Assembly: GCA_017654855.1 (NCBI GenBank)
Contig: CM030332.1
Span: forward strand, 4,526,001 to 4,590,000
Reading direction: 5' to 3'
Source: Podospora anserina
Taxonomy: Eukaryota
DNA: 64,000 bases
Shown one piece after another: positions 62,980-64,000 of this stretch. How positions within the stretch are numbered: the first letter of the stretch is position 1; every line of letters starts with the position of its first letter. Under the pieces are notes generated by a model, which did not search any database, was not told the DNA's origin, and saw only the letters and a list, made by a program, of their open reading frames with translations. The position numbers and the translations under genes are program-made.

Positions 62980-64000
62980 TCAGTTGATAAATGAACCCAG
63001 ATCACCACCGATCGACGACAATTTCTTGCTCTTCCACATCGACTTCTTTTTCTCGCGCTTGGCCTTCATCGCCGCCCACCCCTCCTCATCGTCATCATCC
63101 GAGCCACTTCCAGACTTTGTGACCGATATTGTGGGCTGTGTGATTGCTCCCGACATGGTGGTCGATTTCCGGAGATGGCCTGGCGCCACGGGAACGTGTG
63201 GTGCCGGAACGTGGGAGACTGGACGGTAGCGGCCAGGAAGGCCAATGTTGCTTCGTTCTGAGGGGGCAATTGATGGAGCGTATCCGCCGCCCTGCATCAT
63301 GATCGAAGGGGCAAAGCCAGGATGTTGCAGGGGCTGTATCCATGAGGCCGAGCTTGGCTGTACCATGCTCATCGTGCGCACTTGCGCGTCGCCCCCCCGA
63401 CCAGTGGGCAGATCCAGCATGGAGTCGTTTCCTAGAAACGAATGACGCATCTCAGGAGCACCGCACATCCCCGGCATTGGTGGGAGAGGACCCATGGCGC
63501 CGAGACTGCCGGCTGACTGTGAGGTAGTCAAGTAGCCATTGGGCGTGGTGGGAGCGCTGCCATTTTGGCCCGCCATCATCTGCATAAACTGCATCTGCAT
63601 CTGCATGAATGTTTGCATCTGCTGCGTCATCTGGATCTGTGCCTGGTCACCTGGCGTCAGCATCGGAGGAGCAGCTTGGTTCTGGTACATGAGATGTGAC
63701 GGCATGCCGGTCATCGGATCGAAAGGACCTGCCCCGGGCATGGCCGGCATCGATGCCGAGCCGTCGATGTGCGGGCTTCCGCGCCTCATTGCGCGGTTGC
63801 GCTCTTCGTTTGCGATGATGTTGATCAGGCCACCAGGAGGAATCGCGCCTGCGGGGTTTCCGGGGGCAGGAGCTCCGCCTCCGAGAGCGAAGCTCTCGCG
63901 GACAGAGTTGCGAACCAGACCAGCGCCAAGAAATGGGTCTTGGGGAAGATTTCTTGCAAAGGCAGGAAGACGTCCAGGGGTGCCAGCTCCGGCTCCAGCA
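62980..64000 (-). CDS. 3' part of a conserved Q/M/P-rich fungal hypothetical protein (runs off the window)
   Basis: Open frame with YAPSIAPSERSNIGLPGRYRPVS and DDDDEEGWAAMKAKREKKKSMW. Confidence 0.8.
   Translation of the reverse strand, partial: AGAGAGTPGRLPAFARNLPQDPFLGAGLVRNSVRESFALGGGAPAPGNPAGAIPPGGLINIIANEERNRAMRRGSPHIDGSASMPAMPGAGPFDPMTGMPSHLMYQNQAAPPMLTPGDQAQIQMTQQMQTFMQMQMQFMQMMAGQNGSAPTTPNGYLTTSQSAGSLGAMGPLPPMPGMCGAPEMRHSFLGNDSMLDLPTGRGGDAQVRTMSMVQPSSASWIQPLQHPGFAPSIMMQGGGYAPSIAPSERSNIGLPGRYRPVSHVPAPHVPVAPGHLRKSTTMSGAITQPTISVTKSGSGSDDDDEEGWAAMKAKREKKKSMWKSKKLSSIGGDLGSFIN

Overview
Fungal nuclear DNA, most likely a Sordariomycete of the order Sordariales, judged from gene content, short GT-AG introns with CTRAC branch points and RIP signatures. 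Bases 1 to ~6960 are a very AT-rich block of RIP-degraded repeats. It contains nested LTRs, one nearly unmutated solo LTR with a 5-bp TSD, a RIP-mutated tRNA-Asp-like sequence, fold-back repeats and a perfect (AATAAATAC)33 array, and it may be a centromere or heterochromatin edge. From ~7.1 kb onward there are about 25 tightly packed genes: UBP16-like, KES1/OSH4, a Gfo/Idh/MocA oxidoreductase, REX2, PGM, NHP6, CENP-H, ATG11, mitochondrial L9, an alcohol acetyltransferase, a CFEM protein, ACL4, GIR2, PUF6, RPB4, CDC55, a TRP/FLC-like channel, a MutL homolog, RIB4 and several hypotheticals. The best candidate for an undescribed system is ATG11: it ends in CCC-TGA, an antizyme-type +1 frameshift site, and the +1 frame stays open for 61 more codons containing a W-x-x-L Atg8-interaction-like motif, which suggests a recoded or alternatively spliced long isoform. 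Also notable are a CFEM-GPI gene split by one in-frame TAA just after the CFEM domain, a structured long intron in RIB4, and a T18(GT)27 tract upstream of the MutL homolog. All gene models were read by eye and no database search was run.
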